Shown piece by piece: positions 63,240 to 64,000 of a stretch of DNA of 64,000 nucleotides (position 1 is its first letter; each line of letters opens with the position of its first letter). This DNA is from Dipteris shenzhenensis (taxonomy: Eukaryota). The stretch lies in NCBI GenBank assembly GCA_047967505.1, contig CM106538.1; one strand, given 5' to 3'. The position numbers were made by a program, and so were the translations under genes. The notes below the pieces were generated by a model, which was not told the DNA's origin, searched no databases, and saw only the letters and a list, made by a program, of their open reading frames with translations.

Positions 63240-63540
63240 TGAAACCAAGTGACTCTAGTTAGAGTAACTAACCTAGATCCTCCCAGTTACGGTAACTGGG
63301 AGGTTTAACTAACTGTAGTTAGATACTAACTGTAGTTAGTCTAACCTAACTGAGGGCTAACTAAACTAACCTAACCTCAAGTACTACTAACCTAACCTAC
63401 GTAGCTAATCTAACTGAGGTTAACTAGCTAACCTAGGGTTAACTAACCTAACCTAACTGTAGTTAGTACTAACCTAACTGTGGTTAAACTAACCGTAGAG
63501 TTAATGTTAGGTTAGGGTTAGTTTGGTTAGGTTTAGTTTT
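63240..63540. repeat. AT-rich AACCT/AACT/GTTAG degenerate repeat block with palindromes in the Gypsy 5' region
   Basis: Reiterated CTAACTGTAGTTAG and TAACCTAAC. Perfect 12-bp inverted repeat CCTCCCAGTTAC-G-GTAACTGGGAGG at 63279-63303. Confidence 0.8.
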
Positions 63541-63559
63541 TTTTTTTTTTAAATTTTTA

Positions 63560-64000
63560 TGTGGGGGGGGGGGGCTGCCCGACGGCGGCGCCCGGAGAGA
63601 GGGGGGGGGGGGGGGGGGGGGTTTGACGCGACGGGGGGAACGGGGGAGGGCGAGGGGGGTGCGAGGGGGGTTGCGAAGGGGAGGGCGAGGGGGGTGCAAG
63701 GGGGGGTGCGAGGGGGTTTGCGCGGGCGGGGGGCGGGGGTGGCGGGCGGGGGGAGCGCGGGGCGGGGTGGGTTGGGGGCGGGCGGGGTGCGCGGGGCGGC
63801 GGCGCTGCGTGCGCCGCCGCGGGGCGGGGGGTGGGAGAGGGACGGTGACGTGGGGCGCCGCCGTGGGGCGGCGGGCGGGGGCGGCGGTGTGCGCCGCCGC
63901 GGGGCGGGGTAGGCGGGGGCGTGGGGCGCTGGGCGGGGGTGGCGTGGGGTCGCCGCCGCGGGGCGGTGGCGGGGGTGGCGAGGGTTGGAGGGGCGCGGAG
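63560..64000 (+). repeat. Extremely G-rich low-complexity block
   Basis: Dense G3-G20 runs with GGGGCG and GCGAGGGGG units. Confidence 0.85.

Larger units (their letters stand above)
54205..64000 (-). mobile_element. Near-intact non-chromovirus Ty3/Gypsy (Athila/Tat-like) retrotransposon; 5' LTR beyond window
   Basis: Single gag-PR-RT-RH-INT frame, 3' UTR with tandem array and a predicted 3' LTR at 54205-55333. No chromodomain seen after the GPY module. Confidence 0.9.

Noticed and set aside
63484-63912. Gly/Arg- and Pro-rich ORFs, or a true telomere
   Set aside because: Low-complexity G-rich DNA lacks stops by composition. There are only isolated TTAGGG-like words and no (TTTAGGG)n array.

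Overview
Eukaryotic land-plant genomic DNA: spliceosomal introns, a plant-type gene and plant retrotransposons. A fern-like host is plausible but cannot be shown from the sequence alone. There is one host gene, a 22-exon cytosolic 4-alpha-glucanotransferase DPE2 (GH77 with two CBM20 modules; 6832-16509, +; 1023 aa by my hand-spliced model). Its 4th intron is a U12-type AT-AC minor intron and its 8th intron carries an LTR-derived fragment. Upstream lie decayed LINE and Copia remnants. Downstream is a retrotransposon nest. A decayed Athila-like Ty3/Gypsy host (tRNA-Asp PBS at 26713) is interrupted by four TSD-flanked LTR elements: three Ty1/Copia (27501-33018, 33384-39225, 43136-51841) and a young Gag-only (TR-GAG-like) element with identical LTRs and an intact two-zinc-knuckle gag (39952-42607). 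The third Copia itself contains a non-coding LTR element (44470-47093) and an antisense solo LTR of its own family, which creates a ~600-bp inverted repeat. The window ends in a nearly intact non-chromovirus Ty3/Gypsy element (minus strand) with a 2002-aa gag-pol, one in-frame TAG, four zinc knuckles, a 3' tandem array and a predicted 3' LTR at 54205-55333; its 5' LTR is outside the window. All alignments and counts were done by eye; no searches were run. I found no rRNA, tRNA genes or CRISPR arrays. Nothing here is demonstrably a new biological system; the best candidates are listed as findings.
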